A DNA stretch of 64,000 bases from Phoronis australis (GCA_002633005.1 NMRA01001027.1:1-64000); one strand, 5' to 3'. Numbered from the stretch's first letter, positions 12,789 through 25,137 are shown. The notes: a model not told the origin generated them from the letters alone. Made by a program: numbers and translations.

Positions 12789-13691
12789 CCGTATTTGCCC
12801 TAATAAGCCCCCATGCCCCCGTAAGCGCCTCCCCACATGTTTTCAGACTTCGCTAAAATAAGTGCCCAACCCATGAATGTGTATATATGTGAAAAATGCC
12901 TTACCTAGAGTTCTAAAATTCTACGGTAACATCTTCAATTTATCAATAATATCCGACAGTCTTGAAAAAATCATTGTGCGCCAAATTTCTAGACCACGAG
13001 CCTCGTCACTATATCGATATTTAGCTGTGAATATACACTTCGAACTTTCGCAGTGCTTCAAAAAGAACTCAAAAGTTTTTTGCAAATCTCGCGAGGCACA
13101 TTTCCCTCTGTGGTCTGGCCTTTCAGAACTGACACAGTGTACTTGTCAACAGGAGTGAATCTCGCTCACACGGCACACACACGCAGATGAACTTCAAAAC
13201 AAACGTCACATGACAACAACATGTGTGTTTGTCCAGATTTTTCTCGTGTTGCGGGGTGCGATCTAGTACAGATTTGGACTTAATCTGCGGTTAATCCCGA
13301 CTCCAAAGGAACTTAAAAATCTTAGGTATGCTATTTGGAAAACTTAAGGAGGTTTTCATGTAATTTGTTGTGTCGAAACTATTTATATTGAAGAATTCAA
13401 TTTGCCCTATCAACGATCGCGAGGCAGCGACGGATCGGTCGATGAGTTTTCCCCACAATTTTTAAAAAAGAATCGTAATTTAACAATGAAGTTTGAAAGC
13501 AATGCACCACAATTTTGTGGAAAGTCTGTCATAGGTTACAGGTCCGTCGCAGAGCGTAAATTTGATGAATCCTAGCTTCCGATTTCACCCGTTTCGGAGG
13601 CTGGGTTTCAACCGCCTTAGGCTACAGTAAGCGCCCCCCTCCTGAAACAAATTTTTGTAAGTGCCCTTGGAGCTTGTTAGGACGAATACGG
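12789..13691. mobile_element. Tc1/mariner (pogo-like) non-autonomous element
   Basis: TA|CCGTATTTGCCCTAATAAGC ... GCTTGTTAGGACGAATACGG|TA with subterminal TAAGCGCC repeats at both ends. Confidence 0.8.
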
Positions 13692-14020
13692 TACATGCCA
13701 AAGATTTTTGAATGGTCTTGTGAATTGTTTCACTGGAAAATTGTTGTTATTTTGCGAAAAATATAATTCACGAGTTGTTCTAGTTGTATTTTGTTTTAAT
13801 TACTGTTTCCCTTATCCAAATTGACTACGCATTTCCTAAATGATGTGCTTTGAGTATATCTGTTTTCTGCCATCCATTTCACTGGATGAACACGTTGACT
13901 GACTCCAGATTAAACCTAGGCCCTTAAAGCAGAATGTTTTTGAGAATTTTTGAAATTACAGATACTGGCCATGTATGGACACATTGGTATTGTGTTCCTC
14001 ACTGTTGATTTATATTGCAG

Positions 14021-14115
14021 GTACTGGCACCGAGAGGTAGATGGCAGTTGCTGGCTTTTTCAGTACAGTCAAACTTGGGGGGAGTGGTGGTTTTTCTTGG
14101 CACAGCCTCAGCAAG
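14021..14115 (+). CDS. START gene exon, START domain 1 (RYWHREVDGSCWLFQYS...LAQPQQ)
   Basis: ttgcAG / G|gttggt, phase 2-1, RYW-x3-DGS START strand motif. Confidence 0.85.
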
Positions 14116-14576
14116 GTTGGTTTCTGGACGGCCCGGGAATAGTCGGATGTAACATGCCCATATTTTGAGATTTCATTCAATGCCTGCGGAGAAAATTTGG
14201 TTCTCAAAATGCAGGGAAATTATATTTGACCATTACCACCAGCACTTATTTATATTAAATATTAATCCATACAGCCTAAACACTAAATAACCACCGTGTA
14301 ATAACCTATACTGTTATTCCCTGTGGAAATAATGATATAGCCGAAAATTGTGATAGTTATGTTTTGTGTGGTGTGAGCGACTGAGCTGCGTGAAGGATAA
14401 CCGATGCCAAGTTGCATATTTTCACTTCGATTGGTTCAGGTGAATGTCACTTGTTTACATTCAACTAACCGTAAGCATCACTCATTTTGTTTTATATTTG
14501 TGTGTTGTAAAAATCTATATGTATTTAGATAAAACTCAAGTTGTGTCTGTATCTTTGGAGCTATCTGTTTTTTCAG

Positions 14577-15287
14577 TATCGGAGATTGAACGATCGAAAG
14601 TAATGGTTGTATATTGCCCCGGTGCCAATCAAGCTCAGTGGCCATTTTCCAATGAAGTTCATAAGATGAGAATTGCTGAAAAGTTGACCTGCGTACAAGA
14701 ATTTTTCAAGTTCCACAAGCAGATGTTTGCTCCAATCATTCATTTAAATCTCACCGGTGTTTCTGACAAGTTCACTAAAGGGAATGTCGGAGAATCGCCT
14801 GAACATTCCAGGCAGTTATCGGGCGACTCTAAATACGTCAGTGGAAAAAATGTGAAGAGAAGGATTAGAAACAGCGTGAGATGCAAATACAACGCAGAGG
14901 GAAAGTCCTCGCTGAGTAAGGCTAGTCCGAATAAAAGCGTAGCAGAGAACTGTCCTCAGAAACAGGTTATGGAGTCTTCAGAGAACACAACGGAGCAGTC
15001 GGACATTTTCTTGAAACCTGATGGTGGCGAGACAGAATCCACGACGTTGACAGACAGTGTAGAACCGCTTGATACGTACGATATTATCGAAGAAAAAGAT
15101 TACATGAACAAAGAGGAGGATGGAAGCGTAGTCAGACATCGAACAAATTCCCTTCCGTATGTTTGTCCAGACAAAGGTTTGTCTGAGAAACGTCTGAAGC
15201 TGTTGCCGTTTGAGGATCAAGAAGTTGATAATGCTGGCTCGAAGACTCTGAGGGCTCACGTGGTGATGGCATGCAATCTTCCGTTAG
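14577..15287 (+). CDS. START gene large exon: end of START domain 1 plus S/E/K-rich disordered linker
   Basis: Core of ORF 14444-15400; ttttcAG / G|gtcagc; phase 1-1. Confidence 0.9.
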
Positions 15288-16811
15288 GTCAGCTTTTTCT
15301 ATTTTTTCTTTTTATCTCTTTCACTTTATTTATTTATTTATCAATTCCTGAATGTTGTATTATACTGGGTAATTTCAAGGAGGTACACATTTTACTGTGA
15401 AGTTTGGTAGTTCATCTGAACTGCCGCAGGCAACCAGTTTATTATTTTATTTTGCTGCTCCGTCTGATAGGTGCTATACACGTTCTGTGAGAAAACATAA
15501 CTCTTGCTAGGCCACTTACTACTGTAGAACTGGTCTCAACTTGTTCCTGAACTCAGACTAGATGTGACTAACGGACTTGCAAAGAACTGACAGTTTGATA
15601 TTTCACGAGAATAGGTCCAGTGACATTTCTAGACTCTGCTGATCATTTTATGACCTCAAAAAGTAACAAACAGCCAACTCTTCATTATCCACAGAAAGGA
15701 GCAAGTTAAAACCAATTTTTATGGTAATAGTCTTCAATCAAATTTTATTGATGTAAGACAAGTATACTGCACCTTAATTATACATTTATTCGTACGTAGA
15801 TCATTCCGGGGTTGAACAATTGGTAAGTTCCAAAGACCGTATTAGTTCGCATGGATGCAATCTGAAATTACGTTGCCAGCACAATATCTATTTTGCGTTA
15901 AGTAGTTTGTGGTGTTCAGTGGTTGGATTGTTGCATCTGAGTTAATAGTATTCAACGCTGTGAGTCTGAATCTCATTGTGGACCAGACTTGGGACTAACA
16001 GCGGAATTTCTTTATCTGTTTGAGTTGTCAAAAATAGCCTTAATTTTAGAGTGCCTTAATCATCCGATTGTAATGAATTCTGGCTTTGAGTTGAAAATGT
16101 ACCTTTATCCTAGGTTTTATCTAGTGCAAGGTTGTTCAGAAATGTCAGTCGTCTGTCACTAACATTAGTTCACTTTTTGATTGAAAATTCAATGGCATTG
16201 CCAATATTGGACATTTTAATTTTTCATTGGTCTCTAACCACAACTTTTCAAACATTGTTTGGCGGTATATTTGTTGGACATAACTTGATTCATGACTAGA
16301 TATTAGTTTGGTCAAATTTAAATGGTTTGATTAAAGGAGACTCGTTGAACAGAGCGCTTGACCACGACTTGACTTCATTTTTTTCCAGTTTAGTCGCCAG
16401 TTGTCACACTCTCTGTCTATCTCTAAATGATAAAACACTGATGTATTTTACCGAAACATGACTGTTTACACAGTAGTTCAGTCATCAGAGACCATTAAAG
16501 GAGTGAGTGAATTTCCCGCCTTATTTTAACAATAGGAAGTAGTGAAATGCTCACAATAGGATTCCGTGGTATAAATGAAGAACGGGAGAATTTTGGCCTG
16601 GTATTCAGTGAGCGTTGTATGGAGAAAGGGCTGCTGCCTACTTATACGAATCAATGAGAACAAGGAAATCTTTTGTGCTCCATATTTTGACCTACATCTG
16701 TGAGATTTTGCAGTGGTATCTTCACTGTTGTATAATAATGTCGTGAGAAGTGAATAATACACTTTTGAGCAATATTATGCCAGTCTAATGTAATGTGTGG
16801 TATTGTTTCAG

Positions 16812-16876
16812 ATGGAGATGGTTGCGTTCACTACAAGACATTAGCCAATCAGACTGCAGCTGAGGTGTTAGCTGAG
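16812..16876 (+). CDS. START gene exon (DGDGCVHYKTLANQTAAEVLAE), helix preceding START domain 2
   Basis: tttcAG / GAG|gtaaca; phase 1-0. Confidence 0.85.
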
Positions 16877-17497
16877 GTAACACTGCTGTGCTGATATTTT
16901 TATAAAACTTGTGATCGTTTGCAGGGCGCTCAACGCCATGATTTTGGGGCCAAATATTGGCGTCATTCCACACTAAAAAATATTTAAAAATCGTGAAATT
17001 GCCATCATCAGACTCAAAAACTCCCCTTCAATAATGATAAAGAAATTCCCACAGAGTTAGAATTACTTATGCAAAACATTTGTTTGGCTGCTTGAGGCAT
17101 TGCCAATGAGCGGTAGCAGTCGGGCTGAAATGGGGATTTTCAATAAAAAAATTCCCCACTCAGATTAGGTACACACACCTTTCCCTCATGTAAGTGAGGG
17201 CCAGAGTTTGAGTGAATGTGGGCACGAGTATGATGTATTGTTGTTGTATTGGTGCATTATGTGTGACTGTTGGTATGGGTGCTTTTGTGATCTTGAATTC
17301 AGTTAAAAAGAATCAACTGCTGGAGATTTCCTTGTAAATGTCACATTTGGATTTGGCGTGTGGTTCTGCAAATGCCTCCTGTCGAATATACGTTGTAACG
17401 TTCTTGGCTTACATACAAAAATTGCACATAGCATGAAGATAAGAGAACTGCCAACCGACACTCAATGGTTTTTACTCCGTCATTACTCTTTTTGCAG

Positions 17498-17568
17498 ACA
17501 TTTAAAGTCTCTGATATTGACATTAGTCGACCATATGATGAACAAGCACAGACAACCGGAGGATGGGT
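17498..17568 (+). CDS. START gene exon (TFKVSDIDISRPYDEQAQTTGGW)
   Basis: tttgcAG / gtaagt; phase 0-2; GW motif. Confidence 0.9.
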
Positions 17569-17596
17569 GTAAGTGCAGAGAGTATTTTAAATGATA

Positions 17597-17675
17597 CCAG
17601 TAACAATATCAGTAATATTATCAGTAACGATTAAGTAACACTATTGGTATCAATATCAATTACAATATCAGTAAG
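17597..17675. repeat. degenerate 12-bp minisatellite (CAGTAACAATAT)
   Basis: About six imperfect copies. Confidence 0.7.
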
Positions 17676-17948
17676 AAAAGGATGTTTTTGAGCGTAAGTG
17701 ACTTGGGCGTTCTACTAACATAATTCGAAAAAAACATTGTGATACTTTGCCTAATCACTCTAGGGATATTGCACATTTTTAAGTATATGCCTTCGTATAA
17801 TTTAATGATTTGCATAATTCATGGACAAAGGTTAGAGTATGTGATTGATGAGTGGATCTGTCTATCGTATGGTTTTGATAGGGAACTGTTCATTGCTCAT
17901 ACAATAGTTTGGTGTTTTGTTTCATTTCTTGCCGTGGTTGTCCAACAG

Positions 17949-18017
17949 GTTTTTTGGTATGGACAGAGACGTTGTGATTCTACGAAAAATCTACGAAGAA
18001 AGTTGTCCCATGTTGTC
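17949..18017 (+). CDS. START gene exon (VFFGMDRDVVILRKIYEESCPML)
   Basis: caacAG / gtaagt; phase 2-2. Confidence 0.9.
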
Positions 18018-18883
18018 GTAAGTGAAAAATTCGCTTGCTAATGAATCATCCTCAAAGAGACATGAACACCCAACTTAAATATTAGATAAATGTAGATTAT
18101 CACTTGATGAGGCTGATATTTCACATATTCAGACCGGGATTCTTGCGAATCTCACGGGGGTCTAAACAAGGCAAGTAATGGCCGAAGATGCGTTATAATC
18201 TATCAATCTCAAATAGAGCAATAAACTCTATTTACAAAAGTCACCAAAATGGACGTATTCAACTTCTGTTGCTCAAGATGTCGGTCACTCCTATTCAGTG
18301 CAGTGGATCAGACCACACATGTGAGTGTCCCGTAAAATATTGTAGCATGCCCATCACATTTTTTCACCTCATTGTTTTCTAATGCTCATTTGGTAAGTCT
18401 TTGCATTAGCTGACAGTAATTGTCAATGGTTACATGGTGGGATAATGATCACGTGAAGGATTAAGATATGTAACTGACTGCTACATGGTTATAAACTGTG
18501 ACGCCTTGGTCTCTTGACACTTAAAATTTTGATGTAACTTGTAAAGGGTAAGAGTTCAGTGTAGTTATAATTGCAACTTTTGTAGTGAAAAAAGTGGCGC
18601 CACTCCAATATTCTCAAAATTTAAGACATTTGACATGCAATTTGGGAGATATCTTGTGTTTTTCCCAGAAACGCGTTTTCGATCTTACTCTAGAGATTCA
18701 AAATTTGTCGAAACTGAAATTAACTGGATTTTTTGTTTACGTTTATTCTAATTGTTTCGACTAACTTATTCCCAGGCTAAATTGCATGGAATGTAAGTGG
18801 TTATGACTAAAAAATTCATTATTTTTGATATGATATCCTATCTTTATTGAGGCGCACTCATTCACTTGGTCTTTATGTTGTAG

Positions 18884-18980
18884 ATTCATTGGAAAGGGTA
18901 TTATCAGGTCTCCTCCCAAGGAGGTATGGAATTGCCTGCAGAACCCCTTAACGAGGTTTACCTATGACGAGCAGTTGAAG
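18884..18980 (+). CDS. START gene exon (SFIGKGIIRSPPKEVWNCLQNPLTRFTYDEQLK)
   Basis: ttgtAG / AAG|gtatgt; phase 2-0; F-x-G-x-G-x4-P-x3-VW motif of STARD9-type START. Confidence 0.92.
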
Positions 18981-19796
18981 GTATGTTAAAACCAAAAATC
19001 TTGAACTGGGAAAGAAACTTGTCGTGATCATTTCAAACTCTATACAACGGAGTTAATGATCTGTCGACAAAATTACCAAGGAAACAAGCAAGGAAAGTGT
19101 AACTTCCCTTGAGAGCTGGCAATAAACAATCAAAAAGATTGCAAAGCCAGAAGCAGTCTTCAGAAGAATACTCTCACCAGTGTTTGGGACCCTTAACTTC
19201 TTTACGCTATAGGTGAGGGGGAACTTCTTTAAACTATAGGTGAAGGGGCCCACACCCACCAGCACCAAAGAAGGCCAACTAGTGCTGGATTGAGGTCTGC
19301 CTCTGGCTAGCTTGGGACTTGTGAAACGATTTGGTGAAGAGTGATATATACATTAAAGTTGGTGATTGAGTTGTCAATGAGAATTTTTTTATTGCAAACA
19401 TAAATTTAAGGCAGCATTTCACCCTGTTTCGCTGGTTAAAAAACAAGAATCAAATTATGGAAAATCTCACCAACGCGTTTACTTCAATTATAGGTCTGAT
19501 GTTGGCTCTCCCAAACAAAAACGTTCATTCGCTATTTTCAAATTCGCAGCTTTAGGGTCGGCCAAACGCAGTGAACTCTGAAACATTTTCTTAAGTTGCT
19601 GATACTTCCAATGTTTTTGTTGGTAACGTAAAATAGAATCTTATCATGGTGAGGAATGTTCTGATGATATAAGTTGGATTTTGTGAAAGGAAAATGTCTG
19701 ATTGGACGCAGTTTTCGATTTTAAGCCAGCTGAACTGGGCAAAATGTGTCTGAGTGTATGTGTTCTTTAGTGTTATTACTTTAACTTATTTTGTAG

Positions 19797-19839
19797 AAAC
19801 TTGAGGTTGTCAAGGACCTTGGAAATGGCATGAAAATTG
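19797..19839 (+). CDS. START gene exon (KLEVVKDLGNGMKI)
   Basis: tttgtAG / G|gtaatt; phase 0-1. Confidence 0.88.
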
Positions 19840-20521
19840 GTAATTGTTTATTGTTTTCTTGATTGCTAATGGTGTAGTACGATAATTTTCTCTAAGTTGT
19901 GAGGGCGCAGTAGTATTTTGCTGCGGGATAAACAAAGATTTCTCACCTAAATTTTCTTGTTAAAGTTACTTTGGATGTTGAGGAAGAAGACCGTGGAAGT
20001 TGAAAATTTTCCAAAATCTTTTTTTAAGACAGAGGCAAAGTTGAAACAAGATTGGTTAGAGACGGTAGTGAAGTGAAATGAAAATCAGAAAATATTCAAC
20101 AGAAAACTGATTGAGAATTTGTCGAAAAAGTATTCCGAAATTAAGCTGATTCTTTTTACCTTGAGCAAAGTTTGTGTAACTTTTTTGAAAACAACAAGGA
20201 ATGTCATATTATTATTATTAAAATTATTGCTGTTATTAATATTGTTATTGATATTATTACTTATGCCAGGAAATAAATTCAAAAATGAAATTCAAGTAAT
20301 TTACTCAAATGTTAAAGAAATATTATCACACTTAATTTCAGGTAATCAAGTTTTCTAGAAACTTTTAGCTTGCTTTTAAATCAATGATGTTACTATTATA
20401 TTCCTTTTTGTGAAGTTGGTAAAATTTTCTTGGTTTCTAAGTACCAACCACTATTTAACACCGTGACAGTGGAATGATTTGAAAAATTCAAAGTGTATTT
20501 TGTAATCGATTTGAATTTCAG

Positions 20522-20679
20522 TTCATATGCACCATGAAGTGGTGCAGATATTTCGGCGGGAGGCGCGAGACTTCTGTGTCTTGCAGAGTGAGCGGTTGGA
20601 GAGCAATAAACGCATCCTGTGTCTCCACTCAGTGGATCACAAGTGTTTCTCTACCAAACTGGGATCACCTCTAGGACTG
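20522..20679 (+). CDS. START gene exon (VHMHHEVVQIFRREARDFCVLQSER...LHSVDH...PLGL)
   Basis: tttcAG / CTG|gtaaaa; phase 1-0; START RDF and SV motifs. Confidence 0.92.
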
Positions 20680-21088
20680 GTAAAATGCTCATTGTTTAGA
20701 CTGAGTCTGACGCCTGTTTTCTACTTGAAGTAACTGCTCTACTGATGAGATTGGATTGTAGGACGTCGCATTACCTTGTGAAACTTTTGGCTGTGTTCAG
20801 ACCGACTGCCTTAGACTTCTGAAGCTAACGAAGTTGTGTGTTGTCATAAACTTGCATACCAGGCAGACATTCATTGAATAGTACCTCTGCTATTGGTGCA
20901 TCATAGTGCGTTACAGTGTTGACTGACACTAATCATTTAAACCATCTTTGTTTACTTGATGCGTAAATTATAGATTGAGGTTTTGACATGTAATTAATCT
21001 ATGCACCATGTACTTTATCTGGATGAAGAATGATGTCCATCAAGTATTCTTGATTTACTGAATAATTTTATCCAATTGGTGAGTCAAA

Positions 21089-21565
21089 TTTCAGGTGAAT
21101 TTTATCAGACTCAATTGAGTACTTACAAGAAGTTGAACGTTTTCGACCGTTAATGGCTGCAGTCATTCTCAGAAATATGGTAAGGTTGACTTGCAATCAG
21201 TTGGCGAAATTCCTGCTTTTGTCCTCGTAATATGATGTCATAAATATGAGAAAGAGGGATACTGACATTTGTCATGGTTCATGACCCTGTCGTCTGCTTT
21301 CCTAATAAATAGGCTTTCATGTGTCCAGCGTGTTTTCTTTCTGGCGTCATAACCAAGAATTTTGGAAGGGTCGTATAGCATGACGTAGGTCAGTACCATC
21401 TTTTTGACATTGATGACATCGTATTACATGTCCAAAACAGAAACTTCCTCACATGACTGCGAGTCCACTTAACCATCATTCTGAGGATGACCACAACCAT
21501 TGATGATTGAAAACATTCAATTTATTGCAAGTTCTTAAGCGTGTCTCATGAAATTTGCCTGAAAA
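21089..21565. repeat. long imperfect palindrome, probably a Penelope-like inverted pLTR remnant
   Basis: TTTCAGGTGAATTTTAT...GATACTGAC mirrored by GTCAGTACC...ATGAAATTTGCCTGAAA; hammerhead-like motif in each arm. Confidence 0.65.
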
Positions 21566-21709
21566 AAGATCTTCATTAAGTTTTTTAGCTTGTTTTACAT
21601 TATTTTAGTGAAAAGTGACCAAACATGTTTATTTAATGAAAACACAGTGTTGTCTGCTTATGAGACTATTAAGTTTCTCAAGTGATGTCTGCTCAACTTT
21701 GTTTTCTAG

Positions 21710-21790
21710 TTCTTCTCTAGTGGCTGGGTGATTGAGCCAGTTCGTAGTGATGACGGCAAGTTGCTTTCGATGGTGACGTATTTTGTTCAG
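21710..21790 (+). CDS. START gene exon (FFSSGWVIEPVRSDDGKLLSMVTYFVQ)
   Basis: tttctAG / CAG|gtaact; phase 0-0; SGWVIEP...VTY START motif. Confidence 0.92.
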
Positions 21791-22286
21791 GTAACTATAT
21801 AAAATATTGAATTAAATTTTTAACCTTTTGAATTATAGTGGAAGATAGAATGCTTGATGTGTGAGGAATAATTTAGCCGAGGAACTTTTTAAAATGTAAT
21901 ATTCTTTTGTAGCATTGAGAAGTTACATAATAGCAGTAGACTATAGACAACAATTAAATAAAACACATCAGAATGGGAATAGTCTCCTGTTGTAATTTTT
22001 TGCAAATAAGTCCTTTCAAAAAAGAGTTTTTTGCACAATTGCAAAAAATATGCATGGTTGAACCCTAAACCTTACCCATTAAGTGGACACTAAAACCACA
22101 ACTATGCTAAATGCAAAAAAATCTAAAAAAGTCATAACTTCTGCAACTTTCTGTAAAGTAATTTCCTTGTTGTTGAGGAGCTGCTTGACTCCTTCCTCAA
22201 ACTCAGCAGTGATGAGCCAAACTCGTTACTTGGATGATTGGAATCAAGTGGCGGTGAACACTAATGATCTTTGTTTTGCATTATAG

Positions 22287-22397
22287 ATGGAGCTAGGTGA
22301 CAGAGAGAGTGGCGGCTTCATGGTGGATGAGATCGCGGCTAAACAGCCCACCAGTATTGCATTGCTGCGCCAGTATCTCGCTGATCCTATGTTTTAA
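22287..22397 (+). CDS. START gene terminal coding exon (MELGDRESGG...AAKQPTSIALLRQYLADPMF*)
   Basis: tatAG acceptor, phase 0, TAA stop; ELG...KQP..IA.L..YL matches the C-terminal helix of STARD9-type START. Confidence 0.9.
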   Translation: MELGDRESGGFMVDEIAAKQPTSIALLRQYLADPMF

Positions 22398-22657
22398 AAG
22401 CCGTACCATGTTCTGTGTAATAGCATCTGGGCTGAATTGCAGAAAACTGTAAGCCTCATCCATCGCATAACTTTGATAATTGCGCGATGTGAAAAGCATC
22501 AGTCAACAATGGCAGTGTGACCCGCGATACTGTGATTTAATTGTTGTTATCCATCACACCACCTTTAGGCAACGGGGCCCAGAAATCTCAAAATTAATAA
22601 CTTAATATCGAAATTGTTTGCCTTAATTGGTTAAAGTTATGCCAAACGCTCAGAAGA

Positions 22658-23144
22658 CAGGGCTTGGAATTTTCCGCGGAAACGCGGATTTCCGCTTTTT
22701 TCAAATGTGCTCTCCGCTTTTTTTATAATATTTCCGCGTAAAAAAATCGGATTTGATATAAAATTTCCGCGGCAGACGACGTTCACCTCGAAAAGCGGAA
22801 GTTGCTCTTTATGTTTCGGAGGAACGTAAATTGTCAACATTGCCGGGGCATCTGGGACAGCGTGGTGGGATTTTCAATGGCGTCTCGTGTTATTGTTAAG
22901 CGCGGCGAAAAATACTACCGCTCTGCAGCCAAAAATGTGTGGGTTGGGAGTGGACGGGCGAGCTAAAAGGACGCAGACGCATGCTACTGATGGTGGTAAC
23001 GTTTTTTTTTTTTTTAGTCCTCCCGATTTTTGTCGGGGAAAGGTTCACATTGACCATTTCAAGGCTGGTTATCGGGGGCATGATTTGGGCCGTAAAAGTT
23101 TCAAAAGTTTCCGCGTTTTTTGTCATTGGTCATTCCAAGCCCTG
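22658..23144. mobile_element. hAT-like MITE with a 6-bp target duplication
   Basis: Perfect 13-bp TIR CAGGGCTTGGAAT / ATTCCAAGCCCTG; AGAAGA on both sides; subterminal TTTCCGCG repeats. Confidence 0.85.
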
Positions 23145-24087
23145 AGAAGATGAGTGTTAAAATTTTGTGAAAACAATTGCTAATTGTCAATTTGTCGAGA
23201 AATGGAAAATTGTTGAATATGTTTGTCAGACAGACACAAAACAGGAAAGCAAGAGATAAGCAAATTTCATGGGAATTTGAGGAAAACGTAGCAGAATTTT
23301 GGTTTTATTTTGATGAGAAGCTGCTCTAAAAACTGGGTGTTACGTACTACCTGTTAACGTCAGGTGTAATGTTAACAGGTACCAGGTAGCATCCACTTTT
23401 CAAAAGTTGCCTGCTTAAACAAAATGTAAGAAAAAATATCTGCAATGGGGAACTCGAAATTCACAAGGTGGGGCTGGTGATACAAGTGTCTTACTGGTAC
23501 TTATAAAAAGGGATGCATTCTGGTCACCCGCCATTAATGCCTGTGTGCTGATGGCTTGCTTTCTGCCCTCAGTCCATTCTGATTTTAAAATGAGATTCCT
23601 CTCATGAACACCACATTGTCCATTATTTGTAAGTACGCTTGTTTACTTTGCCAAGGTTTTGAGAGAAGTCGACCATCGCGTGGCGGAGGTCCCCGTGCCT
23701 TCCTGAATACTGTTTGGTTATGTGTATTTTTAGTGATACAAAGAAAAAACTACCTCATAGTGAATATATACCGTCAAAATATATGATATTCAAAATCTCA
23801 TTTGAAATCAAAAGTCTTTAGTATTTACTGTACTTGTCCTGGTTGGAAACACAAGAATCTGTGCCTGGATGTTAAGCCAGTCTTGGGCATTTAAAATTAA
23901 ACCAAACTTTTGAAAGGTTGAGGGTGGGTACTTTCTGGGACATGCAAGCCAAATACATTGTTTGGGAAATGTCTAGGTGCAATGGAATCTCATCTGTTTC
24001 TGTAAAAAATAATTACCAGAATTGTTCCGTTCTCGTTTTTCATTGTCTTAACATTTTCCATACATATGTAAATCTTAAACCAGAGTG

Positions 24088-24261
24088 ACAATATAGATCC
24101 CAAACATTTTTAAGTCTGGTCTGCACGCCACTTGTTGGCCACATCAAGCGACCGGTCAGGGGCAGAAATCGTTTCAGTCTCATGTTTGTTAGGTCAAGTA
24201 ATGTGGTCAACAGGTGGCGTGTGGACCAGACTTAAATATGTTTGTAGTTTCTAACATTGTT
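24088..24261. repeat. inverted repeat (hairpin / MITE-like)
   Basis: TTTAAGTCTGGTCTGCACGCCACTTGTTGGCCACAT pairs with ATGTGGTCAACAGGTGGCGTGTGGACCAGACTTAAA. Confidence 0.8.
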
Positions 24262-25077
24262 GTGAATGGCCACATTTTTTTCAAAATATTGTCTGTTGAT
24301 GGTTATTATACAGAACTTGAACATGACTGATCATTATTGTGGTGAAATGAGGAAATAAAATTTCACTTGTCGGCCATTTTATGTCCAAAATTGGTGAGAT
24401 TCAACCACAGACAAGTTCCATGGGAGCTAAAATTTGCGCTGTACTGTCACATTCAGGGAAGTCTCGGCCTTGTAAACTGAGGTTGGTTGGTAGTCCAAGC
24501 ATGGGTGTTTAAAAGCAAAAATTTGGACATTTCAAGAATGAGTGTTAAGCCGAAAATTTGTGTTTTCCCGATGAGTACAGCAATGCGTTAAATAATATCC
24601 ATTTTTTAACTAAACAAACCGTAATCCGTACCATGACTTCGGGGAGTGTGTAGCATAGAAATTTTAATGTTTAAATATGTACAAGTTGGAAGTGTCTTTA
24701 GTCACTTGGAATATCATATCAGATATGTAATTGTGGGCATTGTACAATCATGATAATCTCACATAGAAATGAACTCAGGATGTCATGTGCATTTGTAATT
24801 TACATCATTAATTGTAATTTACATAGTTTTAATTAAAGGAAAGGCATCTTTTATAACGTACTTTCTTATACTGTAAAATTTCACCAATTTCGGTAAAAAA
24901 AAATCTGTTCTTTCGTGTTTAAAATGCTTGAACAGTCTGTAGTAAATGTCTAATTTTGCCTAATGATAACTGAGCTTGGTCCTAATGCAATCTTTTGGTG
25001 CTACTCTTGGTTATGAAAAAGTATGAAAATAAAACTTCCGTTGTCTGCTATTCTAAATCCTTAACTGGTGAGATTTT

Positions 25078-25137
25078 AACGTTGTATGCTATCTCTTGTT
25101 TTGTCAACGTTGTATGCTATCTCTTGTTTTGTCAACT
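25078..25137. repeat. 28-bp perfect tandem duplication
   Basis: AACGTTGTATGCTATCTCTTGTTTTGTC twice. Confidence 0.9.

Noticed and set aside
20085-20358. Poly-Leu / poly-Asn ORFs
   Set aside because: Intronic (TTA)n-like low-complexity sequence
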